Shown: positions 19,368 to 29,266 of the stretch, piece by piece
Position numbering within the stretch: position 1 is the stretch's first letter
Layout of the letters: each line of letters opens with the position of its first letter
NCBI GenBank assembly: GCA_038230375.1
Contig: JBBRNJ010000031.1
Location: 1 to 64,000 of the forward strand
Reading direction: 5' to 3'
Source: Polyangiales bacterium
Lineage (GTDB): Bacteria; Myxococcota_A; Polyangia; Polyangiales; Polyangiaceae
Length of the DNA: 64,000 nt
Notes under the pieces: generated by a model
What the model was told of the DNA's origin: nothing
Seen by the model: the letters and a program-made list of their open reading frames with translations, nothing else
The model's database searches: none
Made by a program: the position numbers and the translations under genes

Positions 19368-22300
19368 TTACTTGTCGGTCTTGCTGCCGTAGTCGCCCAG
19401 GTCCACGAACGCGTGATCCGTCATCACCAGGAACGGACGCTCCTCGAATGTGAGGTGGCCCTTTCCGTCGTGCTCGACGATCTCCACCTTGCCCATGCCG
19501 TAGCCCATGGGCCCGCGCGAGTAGTAGTGCGCCTGCAGGTGATACGGCGCTGCGCGCTTGGCCTTCTCCGTGCGAATGCCGAAGCACTCGGGGCCGTAGC
19601 CGGTGGTGACGTCCGCATACAGCTCACCGCCGCTCGGCAACCGAGGAGAGTTGTAGAAGGCGTGGCCGCCATCCGAATCGAAGATGTGGAAGTCCACGTC
19701 GTTCGCGTCGGTCTCCCAGGACAGAACGAACCGTAGCGACGCGCCGTGGTCCACGCTGATGCCGAGCGAACGCACGCGGGCCTCGATCTCCGGCGCGCGC
19801 TTCGGGTCCGATGCGATCCACGCGCTCGCGAGGATGCCCGCGTCCTCGCGCAGGATGCGGTCCACGCCGCGGAAGCGGTTGTCGGGATACTTCTGGTGGA
19901 GCCCCACCTCGATCGCGGCGAATGCGCCCGCCATGTCGCCGGTGCGCGCGCGCGCATAGGCGAGTAGTCGATGCCCCGACGGATGATCCGGACGATCCTC
20001 TGCGGCCTTCGCGTACGTGTCGATCGCGAGCTGCGTCGCCACGGGCACCTCTCCGCGATCCAGACGATCGAGCCGCTCACCCGCGAAGCGGCGCATGTCC
20101 GCGCGGCCGGGGAACAGATCGATGATGCTGCCGTATGCGCGCGCCGCGGTCTTCTGATCGCGGCTCTTTTCCAGCGCCTCGCCAAGGGCGACCAGCGCGA
20201 GCACGTCACCTGGCGACTCCTTGCGCCATGCGACGGCGCGGTCGAGGCCCGCCTTCGCGTCGCCATTCGCGAGCGAATCCATCACCTCTTTCATGGTGCC
20301 CGAGTACGCGTCCACGAGATCACCCTTCTGGAACGAATCGGAGGGCGCACCTGGCTGCGCGACCTGCGGCCGGCTCGGAGACGGCACGCTGCCATCGCCC
20401 GGATTGAAGATGATCGGATAGACCACCGTGACAGACCCGCCCTCGGGCTGCGGGAACGACAGGTTGGTGAAGCCGCGCACCACGCACGAGACGACGGCAG
20501 GCGACGGAAGGTCCGAGCCGCCATCGGTCGTGGCCTTCACCAAGCCATCCGCGCCGATCACGAAGCGCACGGACACGCGCCCGGCAAGGTTTGGATCCGT
20601 GCGAAGTCCGTTCTCGTAGCAGAGGCGGAAGCGGCCGAAGTTCTGTCGCACGATGCGCTGGATGACCTCGGGCGGCAGACGGCCGCTGACGGTGGTCGCG
20701 CCCTGACGAACTGACGGCACGCGGTTGGCGTGCGCGCCACTGAGCCGCCCCTGTGCGCTGCCGAAGCCCTGGCCCGTACCCGTGCCGGCGCCATGCCCCA
20801 CCGTGCCGACGTTGCCAAGGCCGATCGACTCCTCCGTGGCGGGCGAACGCGGCCGCGCATCCGGCTGCGGGTTCCCGCGCGTGGCGGTCGTGGGCGCGGG
20901 GCTCGGTGCGTTGCCAAGGCCGATGCCCTCACCGCGACCACCACCACCCTCGCCCACGCCGCTGAGACCCAGGCCACCAGCGCCGAACGAGTCGCCGATG
21001 GCGTCGCCCCACATGTTGCCCGTCGCGCTCAGCGGGTCGTTGCCCTGGTCGCGTCCCCACGGCGTGTCACCGCCAGCGAGCGCCTTGGGCGGGAGCTTCG
21101 GCATCACGTGCTTGCGCAGCACGACGCGCCCGCTGTCCACCACCATGACGTCCGACAGGCCGCGCCGCGCGATACCAAAGCGCTGGTAGTCCGCCTCCGT
21201 CTCCAGCACCACGAACGACGTGTACTGGCTGACGATGCGATTCTTCACGCTGAGATCGATCATCTTCTCGCGCGTCTCGGGCTTCTTGTCGCCGCGCGCG
21301 ATCTGCTCTGCAAGGCTGTCGATCTTGGCGCGTGCCACCGCGCGCGTGACCAGCGGCGCATCCGCGCTGCGCACCTTTGGCGTGAGCGCAGCACCGTCAC
21401 CGAACGTGACGGACAGCGTCTCTTGCGGCGCGATCTCGGCGACCACCAGCACGTCGTCGCCGGACTGGTAGCCGTCGACATGTGCAGGATACACCCATTT
21501 TGCGCCGGCCACCTTCACGGGCACGTGCGACCGGGTCGCGCTGGAGAGCCGCCGCACGATCTCGTCTTCGGGACGGCCCGCGTCCACCACCACACCGTCG
21601 GAGTGCAGCCCCGCTGTCACCAGGTGGTGCAGCATGGAGTCATCGCGGATGCCGCCCACGGCGATGGCATCGAGCCGCGTCACACCGGCTGCAGCAAGGG
21701 CCTTCGCAGCGCTCGTGAGGTCGGCCTCGCTGGTCTTGCCCGCGGTGGCCACGCCATCGGACAGGAGCAGCACGCGGGTGGCGCCATTCTTCTTCGCCGC
21801 GGTCGCCGCCCAGGAGAGCGCCTTCTCCAGGTTGGACGCGCCAAGCGCGCCGCGCGCGAGGATGTTCTCCGCGACCACGGTCGGGAGCGCGTTCCCGGCG
21901 CCGCTCCACATCTCCTCCACGTCTTGATCGAAGCACGCGATGGTCAGGACCGCCTCAGGCGTCCGCTTGGCGAGCTCCGTGAGCGCGCGCAGCTCGTCGC
22001 GCAGGCCGAGCGCGCGCGATGCGCTGGTGTCCACGAGCACGATCGTCTTGCCGAGCGGCTCGCTGGGCGCGTCCACCGAGCCACGCACGCGCATCACGAC
22101 CATGTCGGCGTTGCGGAGCGCAACAGGCACCGCGGGATCCTTCGTCGCGACCTGGAAGTCCTGCGTGGGCTTCGCGCTCGCCAGATCGAGCACCTCGCTG
22201 GGCTTGCTGTCGCCCACGCGCGTTGCCTCTGCATGCAGCCGGCCGACGGCGGGCAGTCCGCGGAGTGGCAGCGCGTACGGCTCGGAGGTCAGCGCCTGCG

Positions 22301-22865
22301 AGTACGCGATCACGACCTCCTTCTTCTCGTGCGCGCGGATCGGGAAGATGCGCGCGGTGTACTCGTTGCCGGCGGCCTGCTCGAGCAGCGCGGGATCGCG
22401 CTTGAAGTGCAGCGCGTCCTCGTAGGACGCCCGGGCGACCTCCTTCTCCACGACCTCGCCCTCCTGCATCTGACCATCCACGCGCATGGCAAGGCGGCTC
22501 AGCGTGGCGTCCTTCGGCAGCGTGACGTGGAAGCGGCCCTCCAGGACGCGGTCCTCGGGATTCTCGAACGTGAAGTGGATCTCCGTGAGGGCGAGCGGGT
22601 CGTCGATGACCGCGCGTGCGTCCACCTCCACGAGCGTGAGGCCCGTGCCGTCGGAGGCGGTGAGGCTCACCATGGGCTCGGGGGTGGAGCCCTCTGTCCC
22701 GCCCATCGCGAGGCTGGGCCCGGTGCGGGCCGCGGGGGCTGGGTCGGATGCGACCGGTCCGGGGCCGTTCGTCTTGACCGCTGTCTGCGGATCCGGCGAA
22801 TGACACGCCGAAACCGCGAAAAAAAGCCCCAGACCCACCCCGAATCGCCACGTTTGCGCTCTCAT
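19368..22865 (-). CDS. Large lipoprotein: VIT + vWA + AgmX/PglI-like C-domain + TPR + YfaP/DUF2135-like domain
   Basis: VIT (FENPEDRVLEGRF, DPALLE), vWA (DTSAS, LLSDG), IVRQNFGRFRLCYE…V.YP, and LSWETDANDVDFH…DVTTGYGPE. Confidence 0.85.
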   Translation of the reverse strand: MRAQTWRFGVGLGLFFAVSACHSPDPQTAVKTNGPGPVASDPAPAARTGPSLAMGGTEGSTPEPMVSLTASDGTGLTLVEVDARAVIDDPLALTEIHFTFENPEDRVLEGRFHVTLPKDATLSRLAMRVDGQMQEGEVVEKEVARASYEDALHFKRDPALLEQAAGNEYTARIFPIRAHEKKEVVIAYSQALTSEPYALPLRGLPAVGRLHAEATRVGDSKPSEVLDLASAKPTQDFQVATKDPAVPVALRNADMVVMRVRGSVDAPSEPLGKTIVLVDTSASRALGLRDELRALTELAKRTPEAVLTIACFDQDVEEMWSGAGNALPTVVAENILARGALGASNLEKALSWAATAAKKNGATRVLLLSDGVATAGKTSEADLTSAAKALAAAGVTRLDAIAVGGIRDDSMLHHLVTAGLHSDGVVVDAGRPEDEIVRRLSSATRSHVPVKVAGAKWVYPAHVDGYQSGDDVLVVAEIAPQETLSVTFGDGAALTPKVRSADAPLVTRAVARAKIDSLAEQIARGDKKPETREKMIDLSVKNRIVSQYTSFVVLETEADYQRFGIARRGLSDVMVVDSGRVVLRKHVMPKLPPKALAGGDTPWGRDQGNDPLSATGNMWGDAIGDSFGAGGLGLSGVGEGGGGRGEGIGLGNAPSPAPTTATRGNPQPDARPRSPATEESIGLGNVGTVGHGAGTGTGQGFGSAQGRLSGAHANRVPSVRQGATTVSGRLPPEVIQRIVRQNFGRFRLCYENGLRTDPNLAGRVSVRFVIGADGLVKATTDGGSDLPSPAVVSCVVRGFTNLSFPQPEGGSVTVVYPIIFNPGDGSVPSPSRPQVAQPGAPSDSFQKGDLVDAYSGTMKEVMDSLANGDAKAGLDRAVAWRKESPGDVLALVALGEALEKSRDQKTAARAYGSIIDLFPGRADMRRFAGERLDRLDRGEVPVATQLAIDTYAKAAEDRPDHPSGHRLLAYARARTGDMAGAFAAIEVGLHQKYPDNRFRGVDRILREDAGILASAWIASDPKRAPEIEARVRSLGISVDHGASLRFVLSWETDANDVDFHIFDSDGGHAFYNSPRLPSGGELYADVTTGYGPECFGIRTEKAKRAAPYHLQAHYYSRGPMGYGMGKVEIVEHDGKGHLTFEERPFLVMTDHAFVDLGDYGSKTDK

Positions 22866-22969
22866 CAGAGGAGAGACAACGCCATCTGGGACTAGTTCCA
22901 CGAGAAAGCACCCAGTCCGGATCGGGGCCGGGTTTGACCGTGTGCATTCCGCGGGTTAGGACAGGCGCC

Positions 22970-24097
22970 ATGGAGACCGAGCCAGGGGAGCAGCCGACCG
23001 GCCTTCGCGCGCGTGCGCTCGTGATCGCCTCGCTGTTCGTCGCGCCGCGGTCGCCGCTCGATTATCTCCGCGCCTCCGCGCTTCCGTCCGGCGGGCATCG
23101 GGCCCGGGTCGTGGCGACGCGCTCCGAATGCGAGGACACGGCGACCCTGACCTTGCGCCCCGCGCCAAGAACGTGGTCGGCGGGCCAGCACGTGGACCTG
23201 TCCGTGCTCGTGGACGGCGCATACCAGACGCGCACCTTCTCGATCTCGTCAGCGCCGCCAGCTGCCCCCGGACGTGCACGCACGTTCGACGTGACGATCC
23301 GCGCCGCCGCGCACGGCCGCGTGACGCCCATGCTCGTCCGGGATGCGAAGGTCTCTGACGACGTGCGCGTGTCGGCACCCGCAGGCGGTTTCGTTCTGCC
23401 GGACGCTGGCGCAGGGATCGGGGCGCCGCTCCTCTTCGTCACCGCGGGCAGCGGCGTCACGCCGGTGATGAGCATGCTTCGCGCGGCCCGTGACCGCGGC
23501 TCGCTCCCGAGCGACGTGGTGCACCTGCACTTCGAGCGCACGCGCGACCGCATCATCTTCGACACCGAGCTCGACGCGCTCGCCAAGGCCCATCCCAGCT
23601 ATCGGCGCACCTGCGAGCTCACGGGCGCCGACGTGAACGTGGACCAGATGCTCGCGCGCATTCGCGCCGTCTGTCCCGACCTTGACGTGCGCCAGACGTT
23701 CGCATGCGGCCCGGCGCCGCTGCTCGACGCAATGCGTGCACTCTACAACGAACTCGCGATCGAGGATCGCCTGCACACGGAGAGCTTCGGCGCGCCGCTG
23801 GCCGCGCTCTCGTCGCTTCCCGGCGACACGGACCCGACAGCCGGCGCGCGTCTCTCCTTCACGCGAAGCCAGGTGCAGGTCGACGCAGATGGTCGCACGT
23901 CATTGCTGGTGCTGGCGGAGCGGGCGGGGCTCAAGCCCGCGCACGGATGCCGCCGTGGCCTCTGCCACTCCTGCGAGGCACCGCTCCGCAAGGGCACGAT
24001 CCGTGACCTTCGAACGGGCATGACCACGGTCGGAAGCGGCCGCTGCGTGCAGCTGTGCATCTCCGCTCCCGTGACCAACGTGGAGATCGACCTGTGA
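22970..24097 (+). CDS. Ferredoxin-NAD(P) reductase with C-terminal 2Fe-2S domain (desaturase partner)
   Basis: RTFSISS, AGSGVTP, ACGP, ESF, GCRRGLCHSC…QLC. Confidence 0.9.
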   Translation: METEPGEQPTGLRARALVIASLFVAPRSPLDYLRASALPSGGHRARVVATRSECEDTATLTLRPAPRTWSAGQHVDLSVLVDGAYQTRTFSISSAPPAAPGRARTFDVTIRAAAHGRVTPMLVRDAKVSDDVRVSAPAGGFVLPDAGAGIGAPLLFVTAGSGVTPVMSMLRAARDRGSLPSDVVHLHFERTRDRIIFDTELDALAKAHPSYRRTCELTGADVNVDQMLARIRAVCPDLDVRQTFACGPAPLLDAMRALYNELAIEDRLHTESFGAPLAALSSLPGDTDPTAGARLSFTRSQVQVDADGRTSLLVLAERAGLKPAHGCRRGLCHSCEAPLRKGTIRDLRTGMTTVGSGRCVQLCISAPVTNVEIDL

Positions 24098-25245
24098 GCC
24101 GCGTCCACCCGCACCGTCAGCTCTCCCCCGCGGACGCAGAGGCGTTCGCGGCCGATGTGGACGCGCTGCACGCGGAGGTACGAAAGACGCTGGGCGCGCG
24201 CGATCGCGCCTATCTCCTGCGGGTCATCCGCGTGCAGAAGATCATCGCAGTGGCGGGGCGCGCTGTGATCTTCGCGAGCGTGCCGCTCATGCCGTGGTTC
24301 TTCCACCATGCGCTCGCATCGAAGACAGCGTTCCTCTGCGTGGCGCTCGCGGGGGCGGTGCTGCTGGCGCTCGCGAAGATCCTGGAGAACATGGAGCTCG
24401 GTCACAACATCCTCCACGGGCAGTGGGACTGGATGAACGATCCGGAGATCCACTCGTCGTCGTGGGAGTGGGACAACGTCTGCGTGGCGGCGCAGTGGAA
24501 GCACTCGCACAACGTGGTGCATCACACATGGACCAACGTCGTCGGCAAGGATCGCGACGTGGGCTACCAGGTGCTTCGCGTGACGGACGAGCAGCCGTGG
24601 CACTGGGCGTATCTGCCGCAGATGTTCTACACGATCATCCTGGCGCTCCTCTTCCAGTGGGGCGTGGGTCTGCACGACATCGACTTCGAGAACGTGCGCA
24701 GCGGCAAGCTCCCGAAGAGCGCCATCGATGCTCACATGGTCGCGATGAAGGCGAAGGCGAAGCGTCAGCTACTGAAGGACTACGTGCTCTGGCCGCTGCT
24801 CGCAGGCCCGTTCTTCTTCGTCGTGTTCGCGGCAAACCTGGTCGCCAACGGGGTCCGCAACATCTGGGCGTTCATCGTGATCTTCTGCGGGCACTTCCCG
24901 TCCGGCGTCGCCATGTACACCGTGGAAGAGGCCGAGAACGAATCACGCGGCGACTTCTTCGCCCGGCAGGTCTCGGGCTCGTGCAACATCAGCGGCGGTG
25001 GACTCTTCCATGTGATGACCGGCAATCTGAGCCACCAGGTCGAGCATCATCTCTTTCCGGATCTGCCGAGCAACCGCTACGGCGAGATAGCCCCGCGCGT
25101 CCGCGAATTGACCGAAAAATACGGCCTACCGTACAACGAGGGTTCGTTCACGAGGCAGCTGGGAACGACGTTCTGGAACATCCTGAAGCACTCGTTCCCG
25201 ACAGGGCAGAAGACGACGTCGACGACGACAACGACGACAACCTGA
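24094..25245 (+). CDS. Membrane acyl-CoA desaturase (DesA3/DesB-like)
   Basis: His boxes HNILH, HNVVHH, HQVEHH; GTG start overlaps the reductase stop (GTGA). Confidence 0.93.
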   Translation: MSRVHPHRQLSPADAEAFAADVDALHAEVRKTLGARDRAYLLRVIRVQKIIAVAGRAVIFASVPLMPWFFHHALASKTAFLCVALAGAVLLALAKILENMELGHNILHGQWDWMNDPEIHSSSWEWDNVCVAAQWKHSHNVVHHTWTNVVGKDRDVGYQVLRVTDEQPWHWAYLPQMFYTIILALLFQWGVGLHDIDFENVRSGKLPKSAIDAHMVAMKAKAKRQLLKDYVLWPLLAGPFFFVVFAANLVANGVRNIWAFIVIFCGHFPSGVAMYTVEEAENESRGDFFARQVSGSCNISGGGLFHVMTGNLSHQVEHHLFPDLPSNRYGEIAPRVRELTEKYGLPYNEGSFTRQLGTTFWNILKHSFPTGQKTTSTTTTTTT

Positions 25246-25335
25246 ACCTCGACCTCGACCTCGACCTCGACCTCGACCTCGACCCCGACCTCGACCTCGA
25301 CCTCGACCCTGACCTCGACCTCGACCTCGGCCTCG
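25246..25335 (+). repeat. (ACCTCG)n hexamer tandem repeat
   Basis: About 15 units starting immediately after the desaturase TGA. Confidence 0.95.
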
Positions 25336-25506
25336 GGCAGCGCAACCTGGTTCCTGGCCAAGAACCACCCGTGTCCCCAAGGTTTCGCATCAAGAATTGT
25401 CCAAGGTCGTGTGAACACGGTAACGTGCACCGACGGTCCGCTTCCCTGGCAGAGCTGGCCTCTGGTATCTCCCGCGTGTGTTGCGCGCGTACGACCCGTG
25501 GCGCCG

Positions 25507-26097
25507 ATGGTAAAGCTCACCGACCGAGACCTCGTCGACCGCGCAAAAGGCGGCGATTCCGCGGCGTTTGGCCAGCTGGTCAGGCGCCATCAGTCGCGCA
25601 TCCAGCGTCTGGCCCTTCACCTCCTCCGCAGCCGGAGCGAGGCAGAGGACGTCACGCAAGAGACGTTCATCCGCGCCTACCGCGCGATCGAGCGCTTCGA
25701 CGGCCGCAGCGAGCCCTACACCTGGCTCTACCGCATCGCCGTGAACCTCTCGCTGAACACGCTACGTTCGCGGAAATCCTCGCGAACCACCGAGGCCGAC
25801 GACCCGCGAATGGCGGGGGTCGTGGAGAACGCCAGCGGCCCGCCGAGCCAGGATCCCGGCGGCCAGGCAACGCGGAAAGAAGCTTATTTTGCCCTCTGTC
25901 AGGGCATCGACGGGCTCAGCGAGAGCCTCCGGGCCACGCTCATCCTGGTCTGCATCGATGGGCGCTCACACGAAGAAGCAGCCCAGATCTTGGGGGCTCC
26001 GGAGGGCACGATTGCATGGCGTGTCCACGAAGCTCGTCGCAAGCTTAGAGAGTACTTGGAGGCCCGGGGCTTCGACCCCGAGGGAGATGTGCCGTGA
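25507..26097 (+). CDS. ECF RNA polymerase sigma-70 factor
   Basis: Region 2 (AEDVTQETFIRAY…TWLYRIAVN) and region 4 (SHEEAAQILGAPEGTI..RVHEARRKL). Confidence 0.93.
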   Translation: MVKLTDRDLVDRAKGGDSAAFGQLVRRHQSRIQRLALHLLRSRSEAEDVTQETFIRAYRAIERFDGRSEPYTWLYRIAVNLSLNTLRSRKSSRTTEADDPRMAGVVENASGPPSQDPGGQATRKEAYFALCQGIDGLSESLRATLILVCIDGRSHEEAAQILGAPEGTIAWRVHEARRKLREYLEARGFDPEGDVP

Positions 26098-27818
26098 GTG
26101 GAAAGTTGCGAAAAATCCCCAGCGTGAGCGAGATGCTTGCCCATTGGCCGCAAGAGGGCTCCTTGGCAGATGGCCAGGAGCGCTCTGCGCTCGACTGGGA
26201 CGAGGCCGCCGAAACCATCCAGGCTCGCATTGAAGCCGGCACCAAAGCCGACGAAACTGGTGAGATATCCACCTACCTCACGGATGAAGAAATTTTTAGT
26301 ACACCTGCTGGACAGACAGATAAAGACGGTCATAACACCGGCTCTCTCACTGAGCCTGGGCGCGTGAGGCAGTCTGCCCCTGTGCCGGTGAAGAGTGTGG
26401 CCCCGGAGGAATCGAAGATGTCTTTGACCCACGAGCAACGTGAGCGTGATCGCAAGAGCCTGCAGGATTTGGCGCGCCTCGCGCAGATGACGCCGGCACC
26501 GTCCAGCGTGCGCATGCCGGTGGCCGCTCCCGTAGCCTCCCCGTCCAGGCCGAGCGCGGACGATGCGATGATGCCGTCGTCGCGCAAGGAAGAGGACTCG
26601 GGCCTCGTGAACTTCGCGGCGTTCAGCCCGCAGCCGCCCGCAAGCGCGCCGAACAGCGCGCCGATCTCGCAGCCCCCCAGCTCCATGCGCGGCATGGATC
26701 AGGTGATGGGCGCGGCGATGCCGATGCCGGTGTCTTCTCACCCAAGCGCTCACAGCGCTCACCCGTCACAGCCGCCTGGACGCATCTCCAGCTCGATGGC
26801 AGCCACCGCCGGTCTGTTCGATGACGAGCCGCTCTCGGGTCGTCCGCCGAGCGTCGCTCCGCCGAGCATGGCGCCGCAGTTCGTCGCGACGCTCCCCTCC
26901 GGTGGCGTTCCGCACATCACGGCTGACAGCGTTCGCCCGCCCGTCTCGATCGCCGTTCCCCAGTCCGTTCATCCGAGCGTTCACCCGCAGCCCACGAAGA
27001 AGAGCGGCGGCGCGGTGGTCTACATGCTCGGCACGGTCGTCGCGCTCGCGGCGGTCGCGGCTGGTGGGTTCTTCGTCGTTCGCCCGATGGTGCTGAAGTC
27101 ACGTGCGGCCGCGACGGTGGCCAAGGTCGAGACCAAGGTCGAAGCGCCCACGCAGGTCGGCCCCGAGACGCGCTGGCAGGATCAGATCGCAGCGGCGAAG
27201 CCCGCAGATCCCGCGGCCACGCCTGCGGCCACGGACACTGCCGCAGACCAGACCGGAGGCAAGGTCGACGAGCTCGACGTGAAGCCCCAGGCCAAGGTCG
27301 CAGCCGCGCCTGCATACGCGAAGAAGCCCTCTTCGCCCGCCAAGGACAACAAGAACGCCGCAGCATTCGTGCTCAACGACGAGCCGAAGGTCGCTCCGCC
27401 GCCGCCCGCACCGCCCCCGCCGGCACCCGTCGCCGCTGGCGGCGCTCCGTCTGGTGGCGATCTCGACAAGGCGATCAAGACGGCGGCTGGCCCGTCGGAC
27501 TCCACCAACGTCACGCCCGCGGATGACAAGAAGCCTGCCTTCGCGGCTGGCACTGTCCCGCAGCGTCCGTCGCAGGGTGCTGTCACTGGCGCCATCGGCG
27601 CGGTCCTCCCGAACGCTCGCGCATGCCTCAGCGCGGACGACGCGGTTTCTCGCGCGACCATCACGTTCACCAGCACCGGCGGCGTTCAGAGCGTCAGCGT
27701 CCACGGCGGCGCAGCTGGGAAGCCCGCCGAGCAGTGCATCAAGGGCGCGCTCTCCTCCGCGAAGGTTCCGCCGTTCGCGGAGTCCACCTACACGGCGAAC
27801 ATCACCGTTCGTCACTGA
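26094..27818 (+). CDS. Single-pass membrane protein, candidate anti-sigma; Pro-rich linkers and AgmX/PglI (TonB-C-like) C-domain
   Basis: GTGA overlap with the sigma gene; one TM; C-terminal ARAC…ITF…G.V..V…QCI…PPF. Alternative start at ATG 26418 with GGAGGA RBS. Confidence 0.7.
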   Translation: MSGKLRKIPSVSEMLAHWPQEGSLADGQERSALDWDEAAETIQARIEAGTKADETGEISTYLTDEEIFSTPAGQTDKDGHNTGSLTEPGRVRQSAPVPVKSVAPEESKMSLTHEQRERDRKSLQDLARLAQMTPAPSSVRMPVAAPVASPSRPSADDAMMPSSRKEEDSGLVNFAAFSPQPPASAPNSAPISQPPSSMRGMDQVMGAAMPMPVSSHPSAHSAHPSQPPGRISSSMAATAGLFDDEPLSGRPPSVAPPSMAPQFVATLPSGGVPHITADSVRPPVSIAVPQSVHPSVHPQPTKKSGGAVVYMLGTVVALAAVAAGGFFVVRPMVLKSRAAATVAKVETKVEAPTQVGPETRWQDQIAAAKPADPAATPAATDTAADQTGGKVDELDVKPQAKVAAAPAYAKKPSSPAKDNKNAAAFVLNDEPKVAPPPPAPPPPAPVAAGGAPSGGDLDKAIKTAAGPSDSTNVTPADDKKPAFAAGTVPQRPSQGAVTGAIGAVLPNARACLSADDAVSRATITFTSTGGVQSVSVHGGAAGKPAEQCIKGALSSAKVPPFAESTYTANITVRH

Positions 27819-27959
27819 CCGCCAGCGACCCTCGCAGTCGCCTGACAGTCGATACCGCGCCAACGCGGCAGATCACGAGAGTGACTGCCGCGTTTCGCGT
27901 TTTGTGAAATCGCTTCGGCTCTTCACGGAACGGCCGTGATCCCCTAACCTCCAGGCTGG

Positions 27960-28715
27960 ATGCAACCCCTCGCCTGTCCCCAGTGCGGCGCGCCAGCGGC
28001 CGGTCAGGTCCCGCCGGGGATCACGATGCTCACGTGTCAGTACTGCAAGGCGACATACCCCGCGCCGCAGGCGAACATGTACCCGCCGCCGCAGCAGCAG
28101 TACGGGCAGGGACCGCAGTCGCAGCAGATCCCGCAGATCGTGATCATGCACACGCACAGCTCGTACGACGACTCGGGCTACCAGGTCGCAAACGCCTTCA
28201 ACTGGTCGTTCTGGATGGTCCGCGGCGTCTTGCCGTTCATCGTCGTCCTCATGGTTGGCGGCTCCAGCGTCGCGTTCTCGCTCATGGGCAAGAGCTCGAT
28301 GGCCTCCGCGTTCGTGTGGGACGGCACCGCGCCGTTCGACTGCGGCGGGGTGGATGAGGTGACCGTCACGGGCGTGAAGGCCACGTTCACCGCGGGTACC
28401 GCCATCACGGTGAGCGGTAACTGCAAGTTCACCTGCACCGACTGCAACATCAAGGCGCCCACCGCGATCCAGGTCGACAGCAACGGCAGCGTGACGATGA
28501 TCAACGGGTCCGTCGTGGGCACCGACGTGCTCGCGGACGCCTCCGGCAACGCGCACGTCAGCATCAACGGCAACGTCACCGCCTCCGGCGAGGTCCGTCA
28601 GTCGGGCAACGCGCACGTCAACGCGCCCAAGCCGCCGCCTGCCCCGGTGAAGCCTGCCGCGGTTGCCCCCACGCCCACCCCCGCAGCCAAGCCCGGCGTA
28701 AAACCGAAACACTGA
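27960..28715 (+). CDS. Zinc-ribbon membrane protein with periplasmic beta-solenoid-like repeats
   Basis: CPQCGA…CQYC, one TM, repeated (A/V)SGN(A/C)xV units. Confidence 0.75.
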   Translation: MQPLACPQCGAPAAGQVPPGITMLTCQYCKATYPAPQANMYPPPQQQYGQGPQSQQIPQIVIMHTHSSYDDSGYQVANAFNWSFWMVRGVLPFIVVLMVGGSSVAFSLMGKSSMASAFVWDGTAPFDCGGVDEVTVTGVKATFTAGTAITVSGNCKFTCTDCNIKAPTAIQVDSNGSVTMINGSVVGTDVLADASGNAHVSINGNVTASGEVRQSGNAHVNAPKPPPAPVKPAAVAPTPTPAAKPGVKPKH

Positions 28716-28778
28716 TTGACTCCCTGGCCGCACGGGCTAAAAGCCCCTGCTCGTCCGAGCTTCCCCGAGAGAACAGCC

Positions 28779-28958
28779 ATGGTTTCCTCTACCCAGCAAT
28801 ATTCCCGCATCCGCCGCCGCAAGCAGACCACCAACGGCAAGCGCAACAAGCGTGAGCTTCGCGCGGCCGGCACGCCGATCTTCCCCGTGCATCCCGAGGG
28901 TTACAACCCGAAGGCTGCCGACGCGAAGCCGGTCGCAGCGAAGCCCGTCGGCAAGTAA
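28779..28958 (+). CDS. Small highly basic protein (59 aa)
   Basis: MVSSTQQYSRIRRRKQTTNGKRNKRELRAAGTPIFPVHPEGY…; GAGAG upstream of ATG; TAA stop. Confidence 0.7.
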   Translation: MVSSTQQYSRIRRRKQTTNGKRNKRELRAAGTPIFPVHPEGYNPKAADAKPVAAKPVGK

Positions 28959-29026
28959 TCCGTCCGTCAGGGGCAGGTCGGGGCAGTGCCATGAGGCTCT
29001 GAGCGGGGATGGCCGTCACGAGCGAC

Positions 29027-29266
29027 CTACACGACGTGTGCGAGGATGACGCCGAGCGCGTACGCCACGAGCGACCCCAACCACGCGCGCGCCCACGGCT
29101 TCATCTGCCCCTCCCACGCGAACAAGGCCGCGAGCGGTGAGCACACGAGGCCGAGCGCCGCGCGCCCGAAATCGCGCCTTCGAAGCAGCGTCCCGAAGAT
29201 CGCCGCGTGGCAGACCACGTGCACGGCGAGCGAGAGCGTGAGCAATATCGTGAGCGCGTCTCTCAT
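29027..29266 (-). CDS. Small membrane protein coupled to cstA
   Basis: 79 aa, about 3 hydrophobic segments, ATGA overlap with the cstA stop. Confidence 0.7.
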   Translation of the reverse strand: MRDALTILLTLSLAVHVVCHAAIFGTLLRRRDFGRAALGLVCSPLAALFAWEGQMKPWARAWLGSLVAYALGVILAHVV

